In this document: positions 1-8,253 of the stretch, one piece after another
How positions within the stretch are numbered: position 1 is the stretch's first letter
Layout: every line of letters begins with the position of its first letter
Sequence record: SRR31156797_1198
Length of the DNA: 20,830 nt
Direction: 5' to 3' (one strand)
Translations under genes and position numbers: made by a program
Notes under the pieces: model-generated
Databases searched by the model: none
The model's input: the letters and a program-made list of their open reading frames with translations, nothing else
Told to the model about the DNA's origin: nothing

Positions 1-1122
1 GGTGTTCAATGGTTCGATCAATTTGAATTGCATGTCTTCAGGTAACCCACCCACATTGTGGTGTGATTTGATGGTTTGAGCAGTTTCGGTTCCTGATTCG
101 ATGACGTCGGTATAAAGGGTTCCTTGGGCAAGGAAAGAAACGCCTTCATCGCCAGCTAGTTTGGTTGCTTCATCATCGAAGACATACACGAATTCATTCC
201 CGATGATCTTGCGTTTTTCTTCAGGATCAGAAACCCCAGCAAGTTTTGATAGGAAACGTTCTTTGGCATCAACTTTGATGATGTTCAAGCCGAATTTGCC
301 GCCTAAGCTTTCCATTACTTGCTCGGCTTCCCCTTTACGCAAGAGGCCGTGGTCAACAAAAATACAAGTCAGTTGATCGCCAATCGCTTTTTGTAAAAGA
401 ACACCAACGACAGAAGAATCGACCCCGCCGGAAAGACCAAGCAAGACTTTTTTGTCGCCCACTTGGTCGCGAATTTTTGCGATTTCCATATCAATGAAGT
501 TGTCCATTGTCCAATCACCTGTACATTGACAAACGTCAATGGCAAAGTGACGCAATAAGTCGTTGCCGTATTCTGAATGGCGAACTTCTGCGTGGAATTG
601 GATACCGTACATTTTGCGTTCTGCATCTTGGATAGAAGCAATCGGGCAATCTTTGCTCGTCGCCACAACGTCAAAGCCTGCAGGTGCTTGAGTGACCAAA
701 TCCCCGTGGCTCATCCACACGGTTTGGGTTGCGGGCGTGTTTTGGAAAAGGGCCGCTGCATCAGAAGTGACTTCCAATTCTGCTTTGCCGTATTCACGGT
801 TTTTGGCTGGTTCAACTGTTCCGCCTAATTTATAAGTAATCAACTGCATGCCGTAACAGATCCCTAAAACTGGGATGCCTAAATCAAAAATTTTCTCGTC
901 GATGCCGAAAGAGTTCTCGTCGTAGACGCTGTTTGGTCCGCCAGATAAGATGATCCCTTTTGGATTCATCGCTTTTACTTCTTCAGCGGTAATGCGGTGG
1001 CTCAATAATTCTGAGAAAACACCGAACTCACGAATACGGCGTGTAATCAGCTGGTTGTACTGACTACCGTAATCAAGTACGATAATTTTTTCGACGTTTG
1101 GCAAAGTGTCAACGTTTGTCAC
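1..1122 (-). CDS. guaA: Glutamine-hydrolysing GMP synthase (5' part; 3' end runs off the window)
   Basis: Not in the ORF track; translated by hand. GTG start at 1122 after a GAGGT RBS, reading [34 protein letters not shown]. Contains the GATase motif [10 protein letters not shown], the ATP-PPase motif [10 protein letters not shown], and [14 protein letters not shown]...[12 protein letters not shown] near the window edge. Confidence 0.97.
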   Translation of the reverse strand, partial: MTNVDTLPNVEKIIVLDYGSQYNQLITRRIREFGVFSELLSHRITAEEVKAMNPKGIILSGGPNSVYDENSFGIDEKIFDLGIPVLGICYGMQLITYKLGGTVEPAKNREYGKAELEVTSDAAALFQNTPATQTVWMSHGDLVTQAPAGFDVVATSKDCPIASIQDAERKMYGIQFHAEVRHSEYGNDLLRHFAIDVCQCTGDWTMDNFIDMEIAKIRDQVGDKKVLLGLSGGVDSSVVGVLLQKAIGDQLTCIFVDHGLLRKGEAEQVMESLGGKFGLNIIKVDAKERFLSKLAGVSDPEEKRKIIGNEFVYVFDDEATKLAGDEGVSFLAQGTLYTDVIESGTETAQTIKSHHNVGGLPEDMQFKLIEPLNT

Positions 1123-1152
1123 AATAAATTACCTCAATTCTTTTAGTTTTTA

Positions 1153-1177
1153 TTGAAAAAAGGCTGGGCCTTTTCAA
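1153..1177. other. Stem-loop between coaA and guaA (possible weak terminator or processing hairpin)
   Basis: TTGAAAA(AA)GGC-TGG-GCCTTTTCAA imperfect inverted repeat; no clean U-tail on the minus strand. Confidence 0.35.
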
Positions 1178-1202
1178 CAGCATAATTATAAAAATGAAGC
1201 GG

Positions 1203-2126
1203 TCAATACTTACGCAAGAACACTTCATCGATCAAATGGTGCTTTGTTTTATGAAGAATTATATCGGCTCTGCTGCGTGTAGGCAAGATATACTCGTGTA
1301 AATTCTTTAAATTCACATTTTTCCATACTTCTTTTGCCATTTTAATCGCTTCCTTGCGATCCCCGATCGCATATTGGTAATAATAATTGCTGGGATCTTG
1401 AAAGGCAGTGTCTAGTAATGATTCAAATCGTTCCAAATACCATTTTTCGATCAGTGCCGGTTGGGCATCCACGAAAATTGAAAAATCAAAAAAGTCACTG
1501 ATATAGATTTGTTGGTTGGCAGGCAATTGCAGGGTATTGATGCCTTCCACAATCAAGATATCTGGTTGACTGATCGTTTCATACGTATCAGGAATAATAT
1601 TGTAGACTTCATGGGAGTAGACGGGGATCTGAATGTCTGGTTCTCCTGATTTGACCGCATTCAAAAAGTTGATCAAGGCTTCCATATCATAACTTTCTGG
1701 AAATCCTTTGCGATTCAAGCTGCCGCGTTCCTCCAAGACTTCGTTCGGGTACAAAAAGCCGTCAGTGGTGATCAGTTGGACGGTTCTACGGGGAAACAAA
1801 CGGGCCAACAAATTTTGGACGAGTCGTGCGGTGGTGCTTTTGCCGACGGCGACACTTCCAGCGATGCCGATGATAAAAGGCGGCATTTTAACATAGCGGT
1901 GTAAAAAGAGTCCCTTGCTGAGGGTCAATGATTCAAACTCTTTCATATAAAGATGGATCAGATGGCATAAAGGCACGTAAACATCTTCCACATCTTGGAC
2001 CGAGATCCGGTCGTTCAAACTTTTGATATTATCCAATTCTTCTTGAGTGAAAGGCATCATGCCGTTCGTATAAAAACCTTGCCATTGCTCACGAGGAATT
2101 TGATAAAAATTCATGGTTTCTTGCAT
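1203..2126 (-). CDS. coaA: Type I pantothenate kinase
   Basis: 307 aa with P-loop GIAGSVAVGKST, ITTDGFLYPN, KGFPESYD and ILIVEGIN; AAAGGAG RBS upstream. Confidence 0.96.
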   Translation of the reverse strand: MQETMNFYQIPREQWQGFYTNGMMPFTQEELDNIKSLNDRISVQDVEDVYVPLCHLIHLYMKEFESLTLSKGLFLHRYVKMPPFIIGIAGSVAVGKSTTARLVQNLLARLFPRRTVQLITTDGFLYPNEVLEERGSLNRKGFPESYDMEALINFLNAVKSGEPDIQIPVYSHEVYNIIPDTYETISQPDILIVEGINTLQLPANQQIYISDFFDFSIFVDAQPALIEKWYLERFESLLDTAFQDPSNYYYQYAIGDRKEAIKMAKEVWKNVNLKNLHEYILPTRSRADIILHKTKHHLIDEVFLRKY

Positions 2127-2287
2127 AGTAGGCTCCTTTTTTGCGGCATCATCGGTTTCTATTAGAAGCGATAGGCCACTGTTCGAAAGTATTTTACCAT
2201 AGAAACCCGCAGAACTTGGAAAAAAGACATGATTTCCTTTGCAGAAACAACAAAAAACTGTTTTTTCGTTGTTTTTTTTGCTGGGCG

Positions 2288-2315
2288 TTTACTTCTGGCT
2301 GTTTTTCGGTATGAT
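2288..2315 (+). promoter_or_regulatory. Candidate sigma-A promoter for the methyltransferase gene
   Basis: TTTACT (2288-2293), 16 nt spacer, TATGAT (2310-2315). Confidence 0.4.
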
Positions 2316-2462
2316 TAGAAAGAAACAGCAGACAAATCTTGCACGCCTTTTTACTGGTGTTTTCACTACGTTCATTCGTTCTAATAGAAGCAACAAGGAA
2401 AAAACCAGTAGAAGCCAGTAGAAAAAACAAGCGAAAAGGGAATAGAAGAAAGGAGCATAATC

Positions 2463-3068
2463 ATGAGTAATCATTACTATACAGAAAATCCTGATATGGC
2501 CCATGATTTTGAACAGTGGTCGTTTGAATTAAGAGGAAAGAACTTTCATTTTGTGACAGATAGCGGGGTGTTTTCCCGAGACACGGTGGACTACGGCTCG
2601 CGGGTGCTGATCGATGCGTTTGAGTGGGCGGAGCTGCCAGAAGGAAGTCTGCTAGACGTTGGGTGTGGCTATGGTCCTGTTGGCTTAGCGTTGGCTTATG
2701 CAAGTCAGCGACCTGTCGAGATGATCGATATCAATCAACGGGCAGTGGATTTGGCAAAAGGCAATGCCCAGCGTAACGGCATTGAACAGGTAGATATCCA
2801 TCAATCCAATATCTATGCCCAATTAAATCAACCTGCTTATGCGGCGATCCTCAGCAATCCACCGATTCGGGCAGGAAAAGAAGTCGTCCATGAGATTTTG
2901 ACAGGGGCGTTTCCGCTACTAAAAACAGGGGGGACTTTAACGATCGTGATCCAAAAGAAACAAGGGGCGCCGAGTGCTCAAAAGAAAATGCAAGAGACCT
3001 TTGGCAATGCCGAAATCATCAAAAAAGACAAAGGCTATTACATCATTCAAAGCGTAAAAGAAGCGTAG
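2463..3068 (+). CDS. Class I SAM-dependent methyltransferase, MTS/RsmC-like (YbxB family; probable rRNA m2G methyltransferase)
   Basis: 201 aa with GVFS..VDYGS, motif I LLDVGCGYG and motif IV SNPPIRAGK; AAGGAG RBS. Confidence 0.88.
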   Translation: MSNHYYTENPDMAHDFEQWSFELRGKNFHFVTDSGVFSRDTVDYGSRVLIDAFEWAELPEGSLLDVGCGYGPVGLALAYASQRPVEMIDINQRAVDLAKGNAQRNGIEQVDIHQSNIYAQLNQPAYAAILSNPPIRAGKEVVHEILTGAFPLLKTGGTLTIVIQKKQGAPSAQKKMQETFGNAEIIKKDKGYYIIQSVKEA

Positions 3069-3244
3069 CTGCTCTTTGATTCTCAGCAGATCAAAGGCAT
3101 CGCCAAGGCAAGCGCTGGTTAGCAGCAACTGGACCAGTTGGTTTCTCAAAAAGCCTATTGCCAGCAGCCTTTCGGGCAATTGCAGCGTTGGTTAATCAGC
3201 TGTCTATATCATCGGGCTATTTTTGATCAACGAAAAAGAAAGTC

Positions 3245-3275
3245 GCACACTTGTTGAAAGTGTGCTATTTTTTTT
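3245..3275 (+). terminator. Rho-independent terminator downstream of the methyltransferase gene
   Basis: GCACACTT-GTTGA-AAGTGTGC stem followed by TA and an 8-T run. Confidence 0.75.
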
Positions 3276-3285
3276 GAGAAAAATT

Positions 3286-3294
3286 TGCTACACT
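3286..3294 (+). promoter_or_regulatory. Extended -10 promoter for the LacI regulator
   Basis: TG-c-TACACT ending 24 nt upstream of the ATG at 3319, just after the terminator. Confidence 0.5.
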
Positions 3295-3318
3295 TTAGGC
3301 AAGAGAGGAGAGAAGCAG

Positions 3319-4338
3319 ATGAAATTGACGATTAAACAGATTGCTGAAATGGCTGGCGTCTCTGTCACGACCGTGTCGCAGATCCTAAACAATAAAGGCA
3401 GCCGTTTTAGTGAAGAAACCCGGAAGCGGGTCTTAGATATCGTAAATAAATATCACTATAAGCCGGATTTTTTTGCTTCGAATCTTATCAACCGCCATTC
3501 AAAAACGATCGGAATGATCGTGCCTGATGTGACGGATTTCTTTTTCTCTAAAGTCATTGAAGGGGCGGAAAGTTATTTCAATCCACTAGGTTACATGCTA
3601 GTGTTATGCAATTCGCGCCACAGCCAAGAAAAAGAGGTTCAATATTTGAATGAACTGTCTCATCGTTCGGTAGATGGTATCTTATTAGCGACGCCGCATT
3701 TACTGCCGGAGGATTATTCCTTGAAGAGCGGGTTCTTTGATGACCGACCAATTATTTTAGTCGATCGCGGGATCAATCAGCGGGACAATGGTCGTTTAAT
3801 CGTGAAAGAATACGAAGGTGCCTACCAAGCCGTCAGTTATTTGATCAAAAACGGTCACCGCAACATTGCGATGCTCAAAGAAATCACCGGCTACTATCAA
3901 TTAGAGGAACGGTTCAATGGCTATCGCCATGCCTTAAAGGACCATCAGATCCCTTTTAAAGGCCGATATGTAGAAAATGCTGAATTAACGGTTACCGGCG
4001 GGTACGAAGCAACGAAGGAATTATTGAAGTACAAAGAGATCACAGCGTTTTTCTGCGGCAACGACGCCATGGCGATCGGCTGTTATCAAGCGATTTATGA
4101 GGCTGGCAAAAAAGTACCAGAAGACTACTCGGTGATCGGCTTTGATGCCTTGAAATTATCGGAATATATCACACCACCGCTTACCACGGTCATGCAGCCG
4201 ACCTTTGAAATCGGTTTTACCGCAGCGAAGTTTTTAGTGGACGCCATTGAGTTTCCGACACGGCGAATTCCAAATAAGATTTTTGATACAAAATTAATTA
4301 TTCGTGAGAGCGTGAAGACATTGACAAGCGAGAAATAA
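3319..4338 (+). CDS. LacI/GalR-family transcriptional regulator (RbsR/PurR/CytR-like), probable regulator of the nucleoside operon
   Basis: Start moved from 3223 to ATG 3319 (GAGGAG RBS). N-terminal HTH LTIKQIAEMAGVSVTTVSQILN; sugar-binding domain with FCGNDAMAIG, VPEDYSVIGFD and PPLTTV. Confidence 0.93.
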   Translation: MKLTIKQIAEMAGVSVTTVSQILNNKGSRFSEETRKRVLDIVNKYHYKPDFFASNLINRHSKTIGMIVPDVTDFFFSKVIEGAESYFNPLGYMLVLCNSRHSQEKEVQYLNELSHRSVDGILLATPHLLPEDYSLKSGFFDDRPIILVDRGINQRDNGRLIVKEYEGAYQAVSYLIKNGHRNIAMLKEITGYYQLEERFNGYRHALKDHQIPFKGRYVENAELTVTGGYEATKELLKYKEITAFFCGNDAMAIGCYQAIYEAGKKVPEDYSVIGFDALKLSEYITPPLTTVMQPTFEIGFTAAKFLVDAIEFPTRRIPNKIFDTKLIIRESVKTLTSEK

Positions 4339-4349
4339 TGCGGTATATT
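4321..4349 (+). promoter_or_regulatory. Sigma-A promoter P1 of the pdp operon (overlaps the 3' end of the LacI gene)
   Basis: TTGACA (4321-4326), 17 nt spacer, TATATT (4344-4349). Confidence 0.75.
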
Positions 4350-4355
4350 TCTTCT

Positions 4356-4369
4356 TGTAAGTGTTTTCA
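4356..4369. promoter_or_regulatory. cre-like (CcpA) site at the predicted P1 start
   Basis: TGTAAGTGTTTTCA versus cre consensus TGWAARCGYTWNCA; one mismatch, in the central CG. Confidence 0.55.
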
Positions 4370-4382
4370 TAGTTTTGCGATA

Positions 4383-4404
4383 TTTAGTAAACTGTTTTAC
4401 TAAA
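4383..4404. promoter_or_regulatory. LacI-family operator palindrome
   Basis: Perfect 9-bp arms TTTAGTAAA-CTGT-TTTACTAAA, between the LacI gene and pdp. Confidence 0.7.
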
Positions 4405-4408
4405 GTGG

Positions 4409-4436
4409 TTTACCCTACGAAAAATTATTGTATAAT
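4409..4436 (+). promoter_or_regulatory. Second candidate sigma-A promoter P2 of the pdp operon
   Basis: TTTACC (4409-4414), 16 nt spacer, TATAAT (4431-4436). Confidence 0.55.
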
Positions 4437-4461
4437 GTTAAAGGAAGCGAGGGTCATTTCG

Positions 4462-5763
4462 ATGCGAATGGTGGATTTAATTGAAAAGAAACGTGACGGC
4501 AAGTCATTGACGAAGGAAGAAATTGACTACATTGTAACTGCGTATACTGAAGGAAGTATTCCAGATTATCAAATGAGTGCCTTGTTGATGGCTATTTTTT
4601 ATGTAGATATGACAGATGAAGAGATCACGAACTTAACGCTAGCAATGGCAAATTCTGGTGAAGTGATCGACCTATCCTCAATTGAAGGAATCAAAGTCGA
4701 TAAGCATTCGACTGGTGGTGTTGGTGATACGACCACGTTGATCCTAGCGCCATTAGTGGCTAGTGTTGGCGTACCGGTTGCGAAAATGTCTGGCCGCGGC
4801 TTAGGCTATACCGGAGGGACGTTAGACAAGCTTGAAGCGATCCCTGGATTTAAAATCGAGCTTTCTGAAGCCGACTTTATCCGATTAGTCAACGAAAGTA
4901 AAGTGGCCGTGATCGGTCAATCAGGAGATTTAGCTCCTGCGGACAAAAAACTGTATGCCTTACGAGATGTGACGGCAACGGTTAGTTCGATCCCATTGAT
5001 TGCCAGTTCGATCATGAGTAAAAAAATCGCGGCAGGTGCCGATGCGATCGTGTTAGATGTAACCACAGGCGATGGCGCCTTTATGAAAAACTTGGAGGAT
5101 GCCAAACGCTTAGCCCAAACGATGGTCCGTATCGGAAAATTGGCAAATCGCCAAACGATGGCAGTCATTTCTGATATGTCACAACCTTTAGGGGAAGCGA
5201 TCGGCAACAGTTTGGAAGTGGTGGAAGCCATTGAGACACTGCAAGGAAAAGGACCGAAAGACTTGGAAGAAATGTGCTATGCACTGGGCAGCCAAATGGT
5301 CGTTTTAGCGAAAAAAGCTGATTCATTGGAAGAAGCACGCCAACTGTTGGAAGAAGCCTTGCATTCAGGCAAAGCGTTAGAAAAATTCAGACAGATGATC
5401 ACAGACCAAGGCGGAGACGCTTCAGTGATCGATGACCCGAGCAAGATTTTGACAGCGAAATATGAAGTGGAAGTCCCAGCGAAAACTAGCGGCGTGGTGA
5501 CGAAATTAGTTGCCAATGAGCTAGGGATCGCGGCGATGATGTTAGGGGCAGGTCGTAAGACCAAAGACGAAGACATCGACCATGCCGTGGGCATCAAATT
5601 GCATAAGAAAGTTGGCGAATCCGTAAGCAAAGGGGAATCGCTATTGACGATCTATAGCAATACCGAAGCAATCGAGGATGTCAAAGCATTGATCGACCAA
5701 AATATTGAAATTGGGGAAGATGGCGCAGAACCGCCATTGATCCATGACATTATTACAGAATAA
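4462..5763 (+). CDS. pdp: Pyrimidine-nucleoside phosphorylase
   Basis: Start moved to ATG 4462 ([13 protein letters not shown]), 433 aa. Motifs [28 protein letters not shown] and ASSIMSKK. Confidence 0.96.
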   Translation: MRMVDLIEKKRDGKSLTKEEIDYIVTAYTEGSIPDYQMSALLMAIFYVDMTDEEITNLTLAMANSGEVIDLSSIEGIKVDKHSTGGVGDTTTLILAPLVASVGVPVAKMSGRGLGYTGGTLDKLEAIPGFKIELSEADFIRLVNESKVAVIGQSGDLAPADKKLYALRDVTATVSSIPLIASSIMSKKIAAGADAIVLDVTTGDGAFMKNLEDAKRLAQTMVRIGKLANRQTMAVISDMSQPLGEAIGNSLEVVEAIETLQGKGPKDLEEMCYALGSQMVVLAKKADSLEEARQLLEEALHSGKALEKFRQMITDQGGDASVIDDPSKILTAKYEVEVPAKTSGVVTKLVANELGIAAMMLGAGRKTKDEDIDHAVGIKLHKKVGESVSKGESLLTIYSNTEAIEDVKALIDQNIEIGEDGAEPPLIHDIITE

Positions 5764-5776
5764 GGAGCGAATAAAA

Positions 5777-6439
5777 ATGGAATTGAATCGCATGATCGAC
5801 CACACGATTTTGAAAGCAGACGCAACGGAGGAAGATGTTTTACGAATCATCGAAGAGGCAAAAACCTATCACTTCTATTCTGTCTGCATCAATCCAACGT
5901 GGGTTTCATTAGCAGCAGAAAAATTACAAGGCGAACCAACGGCTGTTTGTACCGTGATCGGTTTTCCTTTAGGGGCAAACACATCTGAGGTCAAAGCTTA
6001 TGAAACAACAGATGCGATCAAAAACGGCGCAGATGAAGTCGATATGGTAATCAACGTAGGTGCCTTGAAATCAAAACAATACAAAAAAGTTCAAGCAGAC
6101 ATCGAAGCAGTCGTTGAAGCAGCCAAAGACAAAGCGCTTGTCAAAGTAATCATTGAAACAGCGTTATTAGACAACGAAGAAATCGTCAAAGCCTGTGAAT
6201 TAGCCAAAGCAGCTGGTGCAGATTTCGTGAAAACCTCAACTGGCTTTTCAACTGGTGGGGCAGTCGTTGAAGATGTTCGCTTGATGCGTGAAACAGTAGG
6301 ACCAGAAATGGGTGTCAAAGCTTCTGGTGGTATCCACAACGAAGCAGAAGCTGCAGCTATGGTCGAAGCGGGGGCAAATCGCTTAGGAACAAGCGCAAGT
6401 GTTGCTATCGTGACTGGCTCAACAGGTGCTGGCTACTAA
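5777..6439 (+). CDS. deoC: Deoxyribose-phosphate aldolase
   Basis: Start moved to ATG 5777 (AAGGAG RBS). Motifs [37 protein letters not shown] and RLGTS. Confidence 0.97.
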   Translation: MELNRMIDHTILKADATEEDVLRIIEEAKTYHFYSVCINPTWVSLAAEKLQGEPTAVCTVIGFPLGANTSEVKAYETTDAIKNGADEVDMVINVGALKSKQYKKVQADIEAVVEAAKDKALVKVIIETALLDNEEIVKACELAKAAGADFVKTSTGFSTGGAVVEDVRLMRETVGPEMGVKASGGIHNEAEAAAMVEAGANRLGTSASVAIVTGSTGAGY

Positions 6440-6493
6440 GCTTAGCATTATTAAGTAAAGTAGCAAAAAATAAAAACAAGAGCGGGGAAGACA

Positions 6494-6892
6494 ATGACAA
6501 CAGCGAAAAAAGAGTGGATCGACACCGCCGTTTCCGCCTTAGATAAAGCGTATGTGCCGTACTCTAAGTTTCCGGTCGGTGCTTGTCTCGTTGCCAAAAA
6601 TGGTACGATATATCAAGGGATCAACATTGAAAATGCCTCATATGGCTTAACAAATTGCGCAGAACGAACCGCTTTTTTCAAAGCCGTTTCTGAAGGCGAA
6701 AAAGAGTTTCAACATTTGGTTGTGGCGGGTCATACGCCAGAACCGATCTCTCCTTGCGGTGCTTGCCGCCAGGTCATGGTGGAATTTTGTGCGCCAGATA
6801 TGCCGGTGACCTTAGTCGGCGATGATGGTGTCATCAAAGAAACCACGGTAGAAGGCCTATTGCCTTATTACTTCACGAACAAAGATTTATAA
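6494..6892 (+). CDS. cdd: Cytidine deaminase (tetrameric type)
   Basis: 132 aa with AYVPYSKFPVGA, NIENASY, and zinc ligands CAERTA and PCGACRQ. Confidence 0.96.
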   Translation: MTTAKKEWIDTAVSALDKAYVPYSKFPVGACLVAKNGTIYQGINIENASYGLTNCAERTAFFKAVSEGEKEFQHLVVAGHTPEPISPCGACRQVMVEFCAPDMPVTLVGDDGVIKETTVEGLLPYYFTNKDL

Positions 6893-6955
6893 ACCATGTT
6901 CATTCAGTCGATGCGGCTGTTGAAAAAAACTATATTTTTAGGGGGCTTTACAGCA

Positions 6956-8074
6956 ATGAAAAAAGCAAAATTATTTAGTTTAGGTATTGTTGCAGTAGCT
7001 GGGTTGACTTTACTTGGTGCTTGTGGCGGAGGAAATTCAGGTTCAACTGATTCAACTGGCGGAGGTTCTGCAGACGGTACGACTGATGCAGCGCATAGTG
7101 TCGCAATCGTTACCGATATCGGTGGGGTGGATGACCGTTCATTCAACCAATCAGCGTGGGAAGGCTTAGAAGCATGGGGTGAGGAACACGGGATCGCTCG
7201 CGGTGCTGGTGGTTATGACTACGTGCAATCAAATGAAGCTTCAGAATACACAACCAACGTAAATGGTGCCGTTCAAAATGGTTTCAAAACAGTTTTCGGT
7301 GTGGGTTACTTATTGAAAGATTCAATCGCAGCAGCAGCTGACCAAAACCCTGATACACAATTCGGAATCATCGATGATGTGATCGAAGGCAAAGACAACG
7401 TTGTTTCAGCAACATTTAAAGATAACGAAGCAGCTTACTTAGCTGGTTTTGCCGCAGCGTATACAACCAAAACAAACAAAGTCGGCTTCATCGGTGGTGA
7501 AGAAGGCGTCGTTATCGACCGTTTCGAAGCTGGTTTCATGAAGGGCGTTCAAGACGCAGCTGAAAAATTAGGCAAAGAAATCACGGTTGATCCTCAATAT
7601 GCAGCATCATTTGGTGATCCTGCTAAAGGGAAAGCATTGGCAGCTTCAATGTACCAAAGTGGCGTTGACGTAATCTTCCACGCATCTGGTGGTACTGGTG
7701 CAGGTGTCTTCCAAGAAGCAAAAGCAATCAATGAACAATTGAACGAAGCAGACCTAGAAGACAAAAAAGTTTGGGTCATCGGTGTAGATAGCGATCAACA
7801 AGACGAAGGAAAATACACAACTGCTGACGGCAAAGAAGATAACTTCACACTGGCTTCAACATTGAAAGGTGTTGGCGCAGCGGTACAAGATATCTCAACT
7901 CGTGCGTTAGAAGATAACTTCCCTGGCGGCGAACACATTGTTTACGGCTTGAAAGATGGCGGTGTAGACATTACTGAAGGGTTCCTTTCAGATGATGCCA
8001 AAGCAGCGATCGAAACAGCGAAACAAGACGTGATCGACGGCAAAGTAGAAGTACCAGAAACACCTGAAAAATAA
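6956..8074 (+). CDS. BMP/PnrA-family nucleoside-binding lipoprotein of an ABC transporter
   Basis: Start moved to ATG 6956 (GGGGG RBS). Signal peptide with lipobox LGAC; motifs DIGGVDDRSFNQSAWEG, VIFHASGGTGAGVF and WVIGVDSDQ. Confidence 0.93.
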   Translation: MKKAKLFSLGIVAVAGLTLLGACGGGNSGSTDSTGGGSADGTTDAAHSVAIVTDIGGVDDRSFNQSAWEGLEAWGEEHGIARGAGGYDYVQSNEASEYTTNVNGAVQNGFKTVFGVGYLLKDSIAAAADQNPDTQFGIIDDVIEGKDNVVSATFKDNEAAYLAGFAAAYTTKTNKVGFIGGEEGVVIDRFEAGFMKGVQDAAEKLGKEITVDPQYAASFGDPAKGKALAASMYQSGVDVIFHASGGTGAGVFQEAKAINEQLNEADLEDKKVWVIGVDSDQQDEGKYTTADGKEDNFTLASTLKGVGAAVQDISTRALEDNFPGGEHIVYGLKDGGVDITEGFLSDDAKAAIETAKQDVIDGKVEVPETPEK

Positions 8075-8253
8075 AGTGGTTCTTTTCGGTTATCTTGCCC
8101 TAGCATAGGGCAAGATGATCGTTGTTGGATTACTATGTTGATGAAAGCTACGGGTTTTCATGAGGATAGTAATCATCCTAAGCAATAGCAATTATTTTTT
8201 TGACATGACGAATGGTTTGTATAAGCGAATTAGAAAGTAAGGATGTGAGTAAT

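Noticed and set aside
161..828. Short ORFs 161-376, 369-674 and 577-828
   Set aside because: Antisense or alternative-frame shadows of guaA, which the ORF track missed because it is truncated by the window edge.
1123..1202. Purine riboswitch upstream of guaA
   Set aside because: Only 80 nt separate guaA from coaA, and I see no purine-aptamer core motifs.
2194..2504. Small hydrophobic ORFs in the coaA/methyltransferase spacer (possible type I toxin)
   Set aside because: Phe/Lys-rich translations come from A/T runs; no RBS is evident and three overlapping frames look equally spurious.
6432..6470. Hairpin GCTACT...AGTAGC with internal CTAAGCTTAG at the end of deoC
   Set aside because: Weak stem followed by an A run rather than a T run on the coding strand; insufficient support for a function.
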